63,379 nt of DNA, filler included, from Choristocarpus tenellus KU-1152 (GCA_964200185.2; 17 parts of 17 records of this genome joined end to end with filler, not necessarily neighbours in it), one strand, 5' to 3'. Counted from the whole stretch's first letter, positions 1-14,161 are shown. A program made the numbers and translations. The notes: generated by a model from the sequence alone, not told the origin.

Positions 1-2129
1 GGGGGGGGGGGGGGGGGGGAGGTTTGGGTTTGCGTTTATGAGTGCAATGTGCCATGCAGAAATTTCCTTGTGGCACTAGGCAATTTGTGCGTCTTGCGTC
101 AAGCATTGCGTAGTTGCTTTTCTTCTGATTGAATTAGTGGAAACCTTTGGTGGTGAGTTAAATCCAATTTATCATACCATACAAGTGTTTTTGCAATTCA
201 GAGGACAAGAATATTGGGGACTGGGCTCACCAGTGGACTGCATTGTGGAGGAAAAAGTTGTTGGCCTTGGACCATACCAGCCCTGACTCCAAAAGATTTT
301 GCAGAGGACCAGTCCTATTCTATGGTACCCGCTTAAAATTTAAACATTTGTAGAAAAAAAAGGATGAGAATTAAAACCTCATTGAAGACTATCCCTGCCA
401 TGAGAAAAAATGGGCATAGGTGGTTCAAATTAATCCATGTGTATGTGTGTGTATGATTAATTTTTTTTTAAGCCCTTAAAAATCGTTTAGTTCCCCCACC
501 TCGGATAGAACTAAGTTATTGTGAAGACCCTAACCAGACCTATTTGTTCTTTACTGGGCTATGGATTGAGGTGCAGATCAAACTTGTAGATCGATTGATT
601 GCACTGGATTGGACCTGTCATAACTATTGGGAATAGGTCTGACCTGTGAACCAGACCATCAGACAAGTTCATGGCTCTGGACCAGAAGGTGCAGGGACCG
701 GACTGTTCCAGGCAAAGACTTCTGGGGGAAATAAAAATCTTTTGAGTTGGAGAGTTGATTTTCAGTTGCAGTGTACTGTTGACTAGTACACCCTTTCCGC
801 TCACTCTTTACATGTACTGTACTATTAATATTAATACTATTAATGATTAGATTGTACAGCATATCAATCTCAGCATTGTACTCACAACACTTATGGACCT
901 TGGTATTGGTACTAGTTCATACTGGAACCAAGTGCTCGGTACAGGTACACTTCGGTGCTGGACTCTCTTTACTGTTTTTTTGAGTTGAATGTTTTTTTCT
1001 TGATTTTACATTTTTATGCTCATAAAAAAAGAACAGTTTTTGTGCACTGATTGGAGCGATTGGATGGAGAATAAACCCTCCCAAGGGTGTTGTTTCTTTG
1101 AGCAGTCTTGGATGAGTGCATAATGTTTTTTTTTGTCTTGGGTGTTTTGTCGTCTTCACGCCTGGCTACATGTTCTATTGATAATGTTCCCTGTTAATCA
1201 GAGGTCACAACCAATGGAAACCTAAGATTGAGTGGTAGTTTTTGCTTGGTTCTTTTTTGTGTAAGTGTATTTTCACTTAGGTGGCGGATCTTGGCAATTT
1301 GTACAGTGTGAGAAATCTTGATTATTGCTCTAGTACAGTGAAATTTTTGTTGTGCAGATTATTAGCTTTTCACTTGTGAATTTTTCAACTTCTGGTGATA
1401 AAACGCAACACTAGTCTTGTGAGCAGTTTTTTGATGAGAAGAGAGGGATTTGACCTTTTTTCCCTGTCTTGTAGTGTTGATGTGAGAACTCACCACCATG
1501 TACAAAGTCGTTGAGTGCTATCTCTCAGTGATTGGCTTTTGGTCGCTGTATATCATCCTAGGCGTGTTGCTTAAACGATTTTTTTTCATGTTTATGTATA
1601 TATATATATGTATGTTTAGATATTTTGGTCCCCTGGCAGAATTGTTGCTTTGTGTGTGTCATGGAGAAGATTGAACACTTGAATGACATGTATGTCTTTT
1701 TATGTCACCTGTGTTGCTTGTACAGTACCTTTCTTATGCTGTTCTGTTCTCAACATTCTGAAAATCACCATACTGTTGGATGCATTCACCCGGGGGAGGA
1801 AACATTCCAATTTTACAGGGTTGTGAATCATATTGATTAAATCACCTCCAATTGCACAGGTTTATTGATGCTATACTTTGGGTGATGTTTGACACATCAC
1901 CTCTTTCTGGAAATATATCGATGTATGAAGGGTGGTTTAATGTCAATACTGAATAGTATGGATTGCGTTTTCCAAAATGGCATGTATTTTATATTTTATA
2001 TTTTGTATTTTGATCTGCATCACCAAAGCGATGGGGGACCAAGTCCACTGTAATGGAGGGAGATGACAAATGTTTTACTGTGATGACATCTATCCAATAC
2101 TCTTGCTGACTTATCTCTGTTCTGTGCAG

Positions 2130-2663
2130 GTAAACGATTTTGCTGATACATCCTACCAGCTTGCCTCAACAGAGCAAGACCCTGCAGCAAGTGGTGTTGT
2201 ACCAGCAAGGCAGCCTGGTCCGTTGACTGCTGAAGAGTTTTACCGCAAGCCTGAGTCATCCAGGGAGTCTGGGAGGTGATTTCAATCTAGTATCAAGACT
2301 TTCCTACTACAGTAACAGCATCAATGTCCACAGAATACGGTTTTTTTCTACTCAGTAGGCGATTTTGCACAGTTTTTTTTTTTCCCTCATCACACCCAAG
2401 TTTACTGAACTTTCTTCGTGGTCATTGTACAGGCGTTTGTTCCAGCCACCGTCAGCGCGTGGAAGTCAGACAACTCCCCCCCTGCCAGAGACCACTGCTT
2501 CAGCTTCGTCAGTGGAACGGCCGGGGCCACCAAACTTGCCTGCCTTTCAACCTGGTGCCACCTCTGCACCTCCACTCCCCCCTCCTCCACCACCTCCCCC
2601 CCCAACAAAAAAACCCCCCCCCCCACCCCCCCCCCCCCCCCCCCCCCCAACCCGCACACCACC
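2130..2663 (+). CDS. Two candidate exons (2130-2275, 2433->2663) of an unknown proline-rich protein, truncated by the gap
   Basis: tgtgcag| acceptor, GAG|gtgatt donor (phase 2) and tgtacag| acceptor join in frame: VNDFADTSYQ...PESSRESG-R-RLFQPPSARG...PPLPPPPPPP. No family recognised; the poly-C end may be low quality. Confidence 0.45.
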
Positions 2664-2763
2664 NNNNNNNNNNNNNNNNNNNNNNNNNNNNNNNNNNNNN
2701 NNNNNNNTTAATTAATTAANNNNNNNNNNNNNNNNNNNNNNNNNNNNNNNNNNNNNNNNNNNN
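2664..2763. other. Artificial contig-joining spacer
   Basis: 44 N + TTAATTAATTAA (stops in all six frames) + 44 N; the same 100-nt block occurs 16 times. Confidence 0.98.
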
Positions 2764-4949
2764 GGGATGCAAGGCCCCATAAAATCAGAGATATTTCCTT
2801 TTTGTATGAGAAAAATTTTCATTCAACTAATCCGTAGTAAAAGGTTCTGATAACTCAACCACTAATTTGTTCCATTACTCCATACATATTTTACCGTAAA
2901 TGTCCGATAGAGTTGGAAGAGTCTAATCGAACAGTTTGGAATCTTTTGAATTCCAACCAACCTTTCTTACCTTGTGCAATATACTCTATTTCGTTGCTTT
3001 ATATGCAAGATAGTGTACACAAAATTGATATTCACCCTTTCCACGCACAAAAGTAACACCACAATTCAGTAAAGGCTGTCTCTGCAACTATACAAAATCA
3101 CATCTTCCCATCCTTCAATCCTAGGAGAGGAGACCGATGGATGTTATTAAAAACCTGTGATGCGAGCCAGTCATCTTTTGGTGGACATAGGATCATTGGT
3201 TTTGTTTGTTGAACAGGATGACTGACTGGTGCTGATGTTGTTGTAGATGACTAGGCTTCTGGTTGTGACGATGTACAGTACATAGATGATCAGACATTGC
3301 AGAGCTGACGTGTTTGACCATTAACCTCAGTTGTCCTTTGTCCTGTGCAATATATATATATATATATATATGTATCTATGCTGTATTACCTTCCTCATGT
3401 CTAGCCCTGTGTCACTTGGATATCCCCCCATACATTGCGAAAAAAGGAAGTAGAAGTAAGATTCATAATGTGGTTTGTCAACAAGAGGGACATATGGTAG
3501 AAGCAAAGATCGAAGTGAATCCAAATGTAACGGGTGCTTGTTCAAAAAAAGATAAGACTGTTTACTGTGTGGTCATTCCAAGGGATGGACATGATATAGA
3601 TTGACTCTTCTTTCTCGTAGAATTCAGAGACAAAAAACGGAACTAAATGTCGGGAGGGTCATTCGATTCACATCCATCCATCTCACTCCATTGAAAGGAA
3701 GCATGCCAAGAAGGTGGGGTGAAATATGTGACCACAAAATAGATAAGAATTCACAGAGAAAGAGAGAGCGGGAGAGAGAGTATGTTATATATTGAATTGG
3801 CTCATTTTCTAACCGTATATCTGTCCTGTTTGGGGGCCTCTCCGTGACAGAAGAGCGTAAGAGCTTCATGTATATATATGTAACAATGGTAGTTACTAGG
3901 CAGGAAGAAAGCCTTTTTGCTGTTGTATTTGTGTGACTGCTGCCTGGGCATGACATTGATTCTGGGTTGATGTTTGGCATGGCTCCCTATGGAGAATAGC
4001 TTTCATACTCTAAAGGGTCATATTGTTATTGCTATTGGCGCCTTCATTAATGGACTACTCTTCCTATTTTATCACATCTCAATTTAGCCTGGACTGGATT
4101 ACATCCACCCGTCAGAGGGGTCCAGCGATATTCATGAAAAAGTAATGTTGGTTGGTCCTTTCACCGATCATTATGGTGCTACAATTTTCAGGTAGGTACA
4201 CCACTTAGTCAAAATAGCGGTATGTTATATATCCTGAAATTAGGAAATGTATAGTAAACAATGCCTGAAGCAGTCACGCTTTCACAATAACAAAAATAGA
4301 TACCTGGATATCTAACACCATATTTAGTGGTTTGTATTACGATGGGTGGATCGAACCTATAGACTGACAAATGGGGGCATAGATAGGTGAGGTTTGACAG
4401 TGATAAAAAAAAGACAAGTCTAATTGGTAGCATCTATTATTTTCACAACTTGCCGTCAGGTATATATATAGAGAGAACCACCTTTACTTGAAACATCATG
4501 TCGTTCTGGGGTAACCTTGATTGTGATGTGGTTGTGCTAGTAACACTTAAAAATAAGTCCTATTACATGCTGCACCACCACTATGATTTTCAATAATTTC
4601 AGCATGCAGTTGTACACACTTTGCTGTGCTTCTACTTTACGCACCTCCTTACGCGCCTTTCTACTTATACCACTTGTCAACAGAACCCACTATACCGATC
4701 CCTGGACTCCTCTTTTCGTTGTTGTGCGAACTCATCACATACTCACGTCGTCACTCTACTTCACATGTCACGCACTCTTCACAACCACAGGATTCGTACT
4801 TGGCAGCAACAAATGTCACAAGCAGTACCAGTAGTGTACTGTGAATTTGTACTACGTATTATTGTCCTGGAGATTGAGCTTTGTAGAACAAATTGCCATG
4901 AGCGAGTGTTGACTTGGACAATAAACGTATGTTATACTTACTCTCTGTG

Positions 4950-6400
4950 ATACACATTTCGGGCTGTACATTGAGGAGTTTTCCCAACACCACTTTTATT
5001 GTGCTCATTCGAAGGAGAAAAGGTCGATAAGATGAAAAGCAAAGAATATGTCGTGGTAAAAGACCAGTCTGATAAAATGACAAGTTTCTTTTGTTTTTTC
5101 TGTGGACTTTTCCAAGAACAAAGCATTCCATGAACATATTCACAACTACTACACATTATCTCTCCATCATCAATCACAACAAGAAATGAATCGACAGACT
5201 GAGAATGAGTGAGCGGACACCACTCATGACTCACAGTAATGGTAAAGGGTAAGTCTGAGGATGCTCTCGAAACCTTGGTGATACCATACCGTGCAATAGT
5301 AGCATTGAGGTCGAGTTTTTCAGGACTTGCATCGTCGATATGCTTTGTCCAGAAGTCAACCCCTAGTTTACTTCTAAACTCAACCCTCAGACAAGCAGCG
5401 AAGGGATAGAAATCCTTGCTGACAAGACCGAGAAGACGGTCGAAATTTCAGCTGGCTTGGCCGAGAAGTATGCCACAGTGTTGGCCATGGATCTTTTCAA
5501 GTTGATAGTGAGACGATGTACTCTACCAAGACCTTGATGCCATATAACGCTACACTTAATGGTCATGAATTTAGCTGAAACACTTAATGTAAGAACGCTA
5601 AAAGCGATCATTATTTCTGTGACACTAGAACATCTACGCAGCATATTCTATAATCTGATGTTTTCCAGCGTCCAAATAGGTTTTCCATGTCTTACAATTT
5701 TGCACATTACCACCCATGACAATTCAGTATCACTCCGGAGCAACACCCTTCGCTACCTCCACCGGTTGGCCATGCCCTCTTTTCAAATCTATAAACGCAA
5801 TACGGGGGTCTGAACATTTTGCGAAACATGTCACGTACCTTCAAAGTTACGTACCTCCAAAGCCACGTACCTTCACATCCCAGGTCGCAACCACGCCAAA
5901 TCTCCTTCTCTTGTGCACATCGGCCCGCCTCTCCCATACCTTTCGATAGGTTGTACTACTCGTATGCTGATAGACAGTTGTGGGCTTCCCAGCCTCTCCT
6001 CGATGATGACCTAGTTTCGCAAGGTAGCACTGGCGGTGAGCGAAAAAGACGATGGGGGAGAGGGTTGGCGGGGACGAGACAAGGGGTTTGCACAGGCAGA
6101 CCTGGCCCTGCATGGCTTCCCTTCGCTTTGGAATTCGCATCTAACAGGGTCGCCGATGACATGCTTCATATGGAGAATGCGTTGGTCTTCGCAGAGGTAA
6201 TTGATGATGCAGCTTTTGTGAGGATGCCTTACATTGTGTGTTCTCCTATTTTTTGTTTTGCTCTGTTCCATAGATCCCTCTCTCAGACCTTGCACTTCTA
6301 AATCTAGAGAGTGCTTCACATTTTCGTCTCGATGCGTACACTGTAAGGGGCAAAGGGCTTCCAAATTTTTTGGTTTAGCAATTGCGACAAGGCATGGGCA
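4950..6400 (-). mobile_element. Degenerate Ty1/Copia-like pol relic (protease, GAG-pre-integrase, start of integrase)
   Basis: Minus-strand fragments in Copia order across frameshifts: W..DLGC (protease WxxDSG-like, ~5880), IWHQGLG (LWHxRLGH-like, ~5540), MECFVLGKVHR (CxxCxxGKxHR, ~5120), then a weak PLxLIHxD..GG-like stretch. Boundaries approximate. Confidence 0.5.
5832..5878. repeat. Three imperfect ~16-bp tandem repeats (cacgtaccttcaaag-like)
   Basis: cacgtaccttcaaag / ttacgtacctccaaag / ccacgtaccttcaca read directly. Confidence 0.7.
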
Positions 6401-6874
6401 TGGCAAAAAGATGAAGTGAAAAATTACAGATGAATCATCTCTGCATTATGAGTGGACTTATCTAAACACCAAACAACCGATATGGTAATATGTGGCAAGT
6501 CTGATGTTAGCTGCTTGAGAGGAAAAAGCAAGTTTGGGAGGGTTATCCCATTAGAACCTTGGTGTGACTGACTGATCCTAGGTTTGAATGACCGTTTTTT
6601 TTCTGAAGCACAAAGTGAAGTGCAAGAGAAGCTGGTCAAACAGTCATTTTGAGACCATTTAATTGACTATTGGTATACAAACAGCTGCCAATATTCTTGG
6701 ACTTGTTTTGGGTGGTGGTCTACCCAATAAGCGTAGATCACCGCAACAAATATGTTTGGACTCTGTGTTACTGGGGTTGAAGTTCGGGAATGAGCGAGTT
6801 ACGTGTAGACCTCTTGTGAACAGGCATGTTCTTGAGAGGCGATTATCTACTGAGAACCTCTTCATCAACGGCTT

Positions 6875-6974
6875 NNNNNNNNNNNNNNNNNNNNNNNNNN
6901 NNNNNNNNNNNNNNNNNNTTAATTAATTAANNNNNNNNNNNNNNNNNNNNNNNNNNNNNNNNNNNNNNNNNNNN
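6875..6974. other. Artificial contig-joining spacer
   Basis: Same 100-nt N/TTAATTAATTAA/N block. Confidence 0.98.
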
Positions 6975-7040
6975 AAAAGAAAAAAAAAGAAAAAAAAAAA
7001 AAAAAAAAAAAACAAACAAAAAAATAAAATTAATGGCGGT

Positions 7041-7094
<54 letters not shown>

Positions 7095-7449
7095 CTTTAA
7101 GTTTTGAATCAATGTAGGGACACACCTCCTGTACTGTGGTCCTGGACCAAGTTACCTCAGTCTATCGTGTCCGTTCTTGGCCCTTTCTGGTCTCTACTTG
7201 GTGTTTCATGAAGTGTTCTTCTTTGGATTGCACTGTGACCTAGGATCTGGATTGGGAAAGTGGAGGGGGGAGGAAGGGGGGAGGTGGTATGAGTGGTAAA
7301 ATTGCAAGGATAAAGGGTTAGGGTTAGGTTTAATGAACCTTCAATTTGAATTTGAATTTGTTGCGTGTTTCAGCAGTTGGGAGTTGTTTTTTTGCCGTTC
7401 CATGAACATTATATTATTTAGTCTTGTCCGGGAAAACAGTTTGTGTAGT

Positions 7450-8600
7450 ATGGAGTGTGTTCCAGGAGCAGCAATGTGAGTGCTACTTGTCATGGTGCAG
7501 AAGACGGATCTGGCGGAGGCTGCAGTAGTAGCAGGAGTGTAATCCTGTAGGTACTGCACCCTAGCTAGTGTAGTGCCATGATAACTTTAGTTGGCAATAG
7601 AGTGAGTGGACTGTGGTTTGATGAGCTGGTGCTTTGAGTAGGAAACACTCTCTGTGGACTATGGCCAGACTAGAGTATGTTTGGAATGCTCTGTTGATGA
7701 AGGTGATCTCCATTGTCACAACCTGAGGGAAAGCTTCTTTTTTGTCTAGTGATGGTGTGAGTGGAAGGGCAGGGCATGAGAGATTGGGATGATACTTTGA
7801 ACTGATACCCTGCCAACAGCAATGTATCTTTGTTGCCTTTGGAGGGTGATGAGTGGGTTGTGCCTGACAGTCAGTTACGTGCCCGTTGAGATCGCCCCCG
7901 TCAGAGCTTACACACATGTAGGGAAAGATATATCATTGGCATGCAGTGATTCTCTTTGTTCTTTTTTTCCATGAGAGGGGGAGGAGTCGTAAAAGGGTAT
8001 ATATTACTGTAAGTTTTTGTGTATTGGTGGTATGGTAGGTAACGAACCTGACTGTACAGAAAGAGTTTTTACGGGGTTGGTGCTTGATTATGGTCTGTTT
8101 CAGAGAATCAAAACAAATGGAGAGAGGTGGTGAGGTAGTTGGCTGATGTGGGCATTATGTGTAGGAAGGAAAAGACTGCAGGGTTGTGACGAGTTGATGC
8201 AGCAAGCCTTGAACGGAGGGGTGGTTGGCAATGGATCGGTTGAGCAACTGCTTTGAGTGGCCTCCCATTCTGCCTCTGTGTGTGCAGTCCTCAAAAGGGT
8301 TGGTGATGAATGAAGCTTTATCAATTTTGGGGCAAGTATTTCGATGCGTAAACAGCAACTTGAAAGTGCATACATGAGTTATATTCACAGCACGTGGCCG
8401 ATGTGACCTCTACTTTGGAGCATAAAGAGTGAGGGCAGTGGTTGCTCCTGTTTATTGTTCCTTTAACGCCTTGGTCTGTGACTAGGAACCAGTGGGTTGG
8501 CGCTACCTGTCAGTTGTGAGTCATGGTCAGGGAGAGGCACTAGTATTGACACTGTTTTGTTATCTTTACCTCTGGTGGTGGTTTTGGTCATAGTGGCATC
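7450..8600 (-). mobile_element. Heavily decayed LINE (RTE-like) reverse transcriptase relic
   Basis: LAPKLIKL...LL (GIPxKLIxLIxxLY-like) followed by VSSDGGDL..H (post-YLG region). Motifs eroded. Confidence 0.35.
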
Positions 8601-8899
8601 AAAATTCGAGAGGTTGGATTTGATCTGTTGGGTTAGGTTAGGTTCATTTTATCGTCGAGCCATCTAATCTTGGATAAGGTTGAGCACTCGGGGTCCCCAT
8701 GATTTGCCTTGAGAACTCTGGAGGGCGATTTTCGCGATTTCGTGTGGACGAATGTTCATCACCTATTCTACAGCCACAGAGCCTCATAAGGGAGGGGGTT
8801 TTATCTGCATTTCAGGCATAGAAAATGAGGGGTCAAGCACAAGATTATTAATACTCCCGAATACTCAGAAGGATCCAAGAGTGTCCCCCCTCTTCATGA

Positions 8900-9100
8900 T
8901 GATAGGATGACACAGTCCTATCCGTGCTACAGGCTACCATGAAGGTTGCCCAAATACATTGGACCATGATCGTATAAATGTGGGCCTCAGAATAGATAGT
9001 CATTCAGCCTACGAAGACTAGACCTCAGGTATCCAGGATAGTGATAATAAGATTGTGTGTTTCGTGCTCATCGTGTAAGATTAGAGAAGAGTTGACTTTG
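8900..9100 (+). mobile_element. Possible Gypsy integrase C-terminal (GPY/F) relic
   Basis: LPKYIGP at ~8946-8966 matches the KLxPKYxGPY motif; little else supports it. Confidence 0.3.
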
Positions 9101-9512
9101 CTCTCTCCATAGGGAGCTTGTTGGTTATGGCTCTACAGTGAGAGGCAAATGCCTGCCAAGAGTATGAACCCTGCCCCCACAACACACGCGTTGGATTTTC
9201 TTCAGGCGCTCGTGTTTCACGCACCTCATGCCCCACGTTTTGGTTTTTTTGGTTCAATTGGTTACATCGGAATGTTTCGAGACGATGTCAAGTACTGTAC
9301 TGTACTCACTCACTCACTCGCTCACACTCTTTGATCTGTAAAAACACTGCGAGTAGCCTTCGATCAAAGTACCTTGAACAGACCTAAAGAAGAGCTTTGA
9401 GCAGTGGCAATTCCTTTCTTTGCCAAAGAACATAGCATAACGGCTGAACTGCAAAAAATAATGTTTTTTATCGGTGGGTAGTAAGCAACGTTTTACATTG
9501 CCATATCGCTCA

Positions 9513-9552
9513 GACCCAAAGTACCTGGGGGGGGAGGGGTCTACACCAGGGT
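9513..9552 (+). mobile_element. MITE family A, left end cut by the gap
   Basis: gacccaaagtacctggggggg...tctacaccagggt matches the left end of the full copy at 13614. Confidence 0.8.
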
Positions 9553-9652
9553 NNNNNNNNNNNNNNNNNNNNNNNNNNNNNNNNNNNNNNNNNNNNTTAA
9601 TTAATTAANNNNNNNNNNNNNNNNNNNNNNNNNNNNNNNNNNNNNNNNNNNN
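9553..9652. other. Artificial contig-joining spacer
   Basis: Same 100-nt block. Confidence 0.98.
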
Positions 9653-9715
9653 GAAGCCAAGCCCCACAAATGGACAAACAGGGGGAAATTCGTACCCTCT
9701 AAGATAGTTTCACTC
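9653..9715 (-). mobile_element. MITE family B, terminal fragment
   Basis: Reverse complement of GAGTGAAAGTATCTTAGAGGGTACGAGTTTTGCCCTGTTTGTCCATTT. Confidence 0.85.
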
Positions 9716-12700
9716 AAATACAGCGGCAACTCTGCCAGGACAGAGCAGCAAGTGATGAGTATAGTGTATGCATATGTCAGCTGTAGGAAGTGGAAAGATT
9801 TCAAGTTCAAGGCCTTCACCCATCCGCTCATGCATTTCACTTCAACAAGAAGCGAAACGTTTCCTATTGATAGGGTGCCTTTAGGCAATGGAGGGCTTTG
9901 TCTTTGTGCCCATACCCACAGTTTCGGCTGTTTTCTTGTGTATGACATCAGCTAGCTGTTCTAGCTCTGGATGACGCATGATGGCCTCGAATATCTCAAG
10001 AGTCATGCGGCGGAAGGCTGAGATGAGTGCCCGGAGGTTGAGTTCAATGCGGGGAAGTGCCTCTCCACTGTGAGCTGTGAGCCATAGGTCCTGTTGGGGG
10101 AGGTGTGAGGATATGTTGCCAAGGGTCAAACCAAGGGAATTCGTTCCTTACCACCTTGTAATGTGGACTAATCTTAACCCTTTTCTTCATGTAATTTGTG
10201 TGTCTTGTGTACTCCGTAGACTTGATCGAGATATTTTAGGTAACCGGTTTGGTCTCAAGACTCGCCTTGAGCATGTCGCAAATGCCGTAGACCCTCCTAT
10301 ACTGATTGGTGCCTGACCTGCAACATATCATTCCTCTGGTTGATCTTTGTGGCCAAAGTGTTTCTATCACTTGGGCCTATCCCTGACGAAGGACACATCT
10401 CTGTGCTCGCTGAAGGTCGGATTTTCTTCTGCGCCTTCTGCCTCCGTCCTGAGATGAGCCGCATCGATAGAGATTCATTGACCTGTTCACCGGAGGGTAG
10501 ACCAAATCCCACTAGAGGCGGGTGGTGTGTCTTAGTGAAAGGTGGGGAGCTATTTCCTACTCCTCCAATCGACTCTTCACAATGTATCTGGACAACTCCA
10601 GTTGGCACAGACGCGGAAGGACATCCTGGCACTGGCAGGTGGTTTTCTGGCTTTCGCTTTGTCAAGTGTTTCAACGGGGACAGGCTGTGCACCCCGTTGC
10701 GCTGCATCTGGTTGAACTTTCGGGCGATGGCCTGCGTTTCGGATGTCATACAAAGAGGAGAATGGATTTCTGTTTACTCGTCGAACATTTAGTGCGACAA
10801 CGTAGGGGTACTTAACTACACCAATCTTGGACCCATGAGGACACTCACCAAAGGGCAATATGGGTCATTGCCAGAGTTGTATTGGGGCATGCATTCCCTT
10901 TCCGATGGAGACTCCCAAGCTGCTTCACGCTCCTTTGTAGCAGTTCTCTCAATCTGCTCCAAGTTGCTGCCAACCCATGCTCTTCCAGGCATAACGATGA
11001 TGGTACAGATCTGAATAATTTGTCGTACCTGGACTTCAGAATCAGCACCCGTAGAGTAAGTGTTTGTTTCTGGTGCTCTAATAAGAATTCCTTTTATCAG
11101 CTCATATTGAGACCCTGGAATTTTGACACATTGTTACAATCACACTTTTGAAACTACACACCTCACTTTCTCCACTTTGTTCGTTCCTCATATTGAAACG
11201 ACGAAACGGCAAATAAATTAAGGATCACCTACAAAAGGATACAAAATATGATGTCCCGTAATGTTTTCATTACGATTATTAGTTAGTACTAAGAGTATCG
11301 CTTGGAGAACTACACGCAACTGCATATCGTGGAGTAGCCTACACTATTATAAAAGAGCTCAAGCGGTCTCATCCCCCGTGGCCCTCACACACCTGGTAGT
11401 GTTTTAGAAGCCCTCCCTACGCGACTAGTGCTAGAGGTGTTCATGGTCGCAAATGTTTCTCTCCATTTAGTAGTACAGGTACTTGTTTGTACTGTATGTA
11501 CGGTTTTGTAGAAAGACCTTTTTATTACAAGCAATGCAGACTCTGTTGTGGAGTTTGTTGAGTTCTCCTGTTTCTTTTTCCCCAATCACAATATCTTTGT
11601 AAGAAATCTCAGTTGGCGTACATTGAAAATAAATTGCAACCCTTCCTCATTCGAAGATCTGCATGCACAACTAGGATTTCATATCTTTTAGAATAACACT
11701 TGAAACACTTGGAGCGTTATCATACTAGTGCTACCTGTCGAACTAACTCTTCCTCGCATGAGCAGCACTATAGCCACACGAGTGCTACGGGTACTACTAT
11801 CAATGGGATTAGTAGTGTTAGTGGTCTGATACTAGCGCCTTTTTAGTCCTACACTGAGCTATGTGTCACCCAACCTTGCTCCAAGCACTCCAAGTGCTAG
11901 TTATTTAGATTATAGAAATTGTAAGACAGTCGAAGCAGTGTTTCAAGGGGTTATTAGGATCAATCCTAGTGCTCATACTTGTCCAGGATTCACAGCACTG
12001 TACAGTAAGTACTACATATCCATTCGTTTGCAGATAATTTTTTTGAGGAAATACCCATAAAATATCTTGCCTTCAGACACAGACAGGCAATAGTCCTTAC
12101 CCTGGCACCTCAGCTTATACAAAATATTAGAGTCTCTTTGTGCAACCTACTCTTAGCTAGGGGATTGTATTCAGATGTGCGTGCAGCAAATTGGTACCAC
12201 TCAAGGGAACAACATGTGGATGCAGGAGCTCTTGAGGACGGTGTTGACTGCAACAAACTGCAAAAATATCCTTCAGAGAGTAAGCTGAATGTGAGTTGAT
12301 CAAGTCCTGTGCTCGTACTGAATTGTCTATACTGTACTAAGCAGCTGTTGGATCTTGGACAGTAAATATATCTAAATTCCTATAGCTCTAGGTCAAGCAA
12401 GTGCCTCAAATATTCAAACAGATGCATCAGGAAACCCAAGGTACAGCAGCAAGGGAGGCAATACCAATGAGAATCCTTTACCACCATCATTCTCTTTTCA
12501 ACCTTGGGATTGGTGTCTTCCAAGGCAAAATTGAGGGTACTAGGAGGGAGCAGTTGTTCTGACCAACGCAGTAAGTTATCTATCACCTAATGTGTGCGCG
12601 CATGACAAGCTACAGCCACAGAAAAACAATGCTCATGAGACTTTCCAACTGTGTACAACCACAGAGTTGAGAGCAGTTGAAAATAAGAACAAACTGACCG

Positions 12701-13613
12701 TTATGTGCCATCGTGACATCTGTTCGCTTTGGATGCAGGGGGTGAAGGTATTGACAATTTGATTTTTCTGTCTAATGGTCCTTGGATGACCCTTTTGTGC
12801 AACTTATTTGGCGCAGGGGAGGCTTGTAATAATCTTCGGCAGTAGTGTGATTTAAGTACAAATTCTCTACACAAATTACATTCTACCATTCCTTGTTTGA
12901 GCTGTACTCTCGAGATAAACCGTTGTTACACACTAGAGGTTGAATTTACCCCTGGCCTGTGATTATACACTGCCACTGTCTAATCTATGGAAGTAAGGTA
13001 TTAAAATGAAGCTACCTGTTGCTACAGTTTCTTGGAACTGTTGCACCAAGTTTCCTACCATCAAACTTCTTGGCAACAGCAGTAGAGCTCCTGTAGTACA
13101 GCTAGGACATATAGGGTAGTTATGAAAGCATTGGTATCTAGTAGTACTACTAGTAGTAGTACTGTAGCACTGTGTAGAATCACTGCGTGATATATATTAT
13201 AGGTTGTGTGCTTTTTTTATTCACACTTTTGAGGAAAGGCCCAGTCTTCGCTTGAGCGATGTCACAAGGAAGGTACTGTCTGTGAGTCTGAGGTTCTTCG
13301 ACAACACACAAGCTTACCAGACGCTTACTGTACTGTGCAAGATTAACGAAAAGATTGTGTTCAAAACCTTGCAAGCGACAACCTATATTTTCCCTCCAAA
13401 TTTCGGAGGCCTAGGCTCAAAGATATGAAGTATTGAATTTGCATCTACTTACATAGATCGAATGAAATACTGTCATTCGTACTGTCTCTTCTACACACAA
13501 TGTGGACTAGTGCGACACTTCCTTGTTTCTAGATCGCCTTGACAGCAGCACCAGCTTAGGGGCAGTTTCAGATATATTCGTCTTTTGGATTTCTTGTTTT
13601 CTTGTTTCCAAAT

Positions 13614-13788
13614 GGTTCAAAGTATCTGGGGGGGGAGTCTACTCCAGGGTGTCCATTCAGGCCCAGACTCGGAGAAGTGAACCTACATTATCTATCCGAT
13701 GCGTGCAACCAAATCACACAAAAATCGCAACATGGAAAAATGGGCCCCAAATGGGCAGGCGCCACTCCCCCTCCAGATACTCTGAGCC
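13614..13788 (+). mobile_element. MITE family A, full-length (~175 bp)
   Basis: TIRs GGTTCAAAGTATCTGGGGGGG ... CCCCCTCCAGATACTCTGAGCC; no coding capacity; many copies in the window. Confidence 0.9.
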
Positions 13789-14161
13789 AATACTCTACGA
13801 CTCTTGTTGGTGTATCAGAGGGTCTTTCCTGTAAGTTATGCGGATTGTGTTACCTTCTTTGCCTTATATGTTTCTTCTCATTCCCTCCATGACAACATTT
13901 ATCAGCAAAATTATCATTTGGTATACTGTCAAACGTTGAGATAGCACTGTTCCACTGGAGCAGACAGTCGCACGACTATCTATCTCGACTATCTCAGTGT
14001 TTGACACATATGTACTACTCCAGATTACATAGTACGCAGTATTTCATACGCGTAAACGCTAGCCAAGGTTTTGGGCACTCTTTTTGTGAGGTGACTTCCT
14101 CATGCTCTACTGTTGGTGTGCATACAGGAGGTTGATGGCGGTTTCATAAACACCATTATGA

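Noticed and set aside
200-324. Candidate upstream exon (EDKNIGDWAHQW...PVLFY)
   Set aside because: Splice-like borders exist, but its phase-1 end does not join the phase-0 exon at 2130 and no homology is recognised.
2708-2719. TTAATTAATTAA repeated 16 times as a possible biological motif
   Set aside because: Always centred in exactly 44+44 Ns; it is a six-frame stop linker added in assembly.
9513-9715. Single element spanning the gap at 9553-9652
   Set aside because: Left side is family A and right side family B on different contigs. Likewise 54515-54732 is two right ends, not one element.
13611-13791. PIF/Harbinger (Tourist) assignment from the AAT/AAT 3-bp flank
   Set aside because: Other copies show 4-bp duplications (TCAT, ATTT) and no consistent TWA target; kept only as an alternative.
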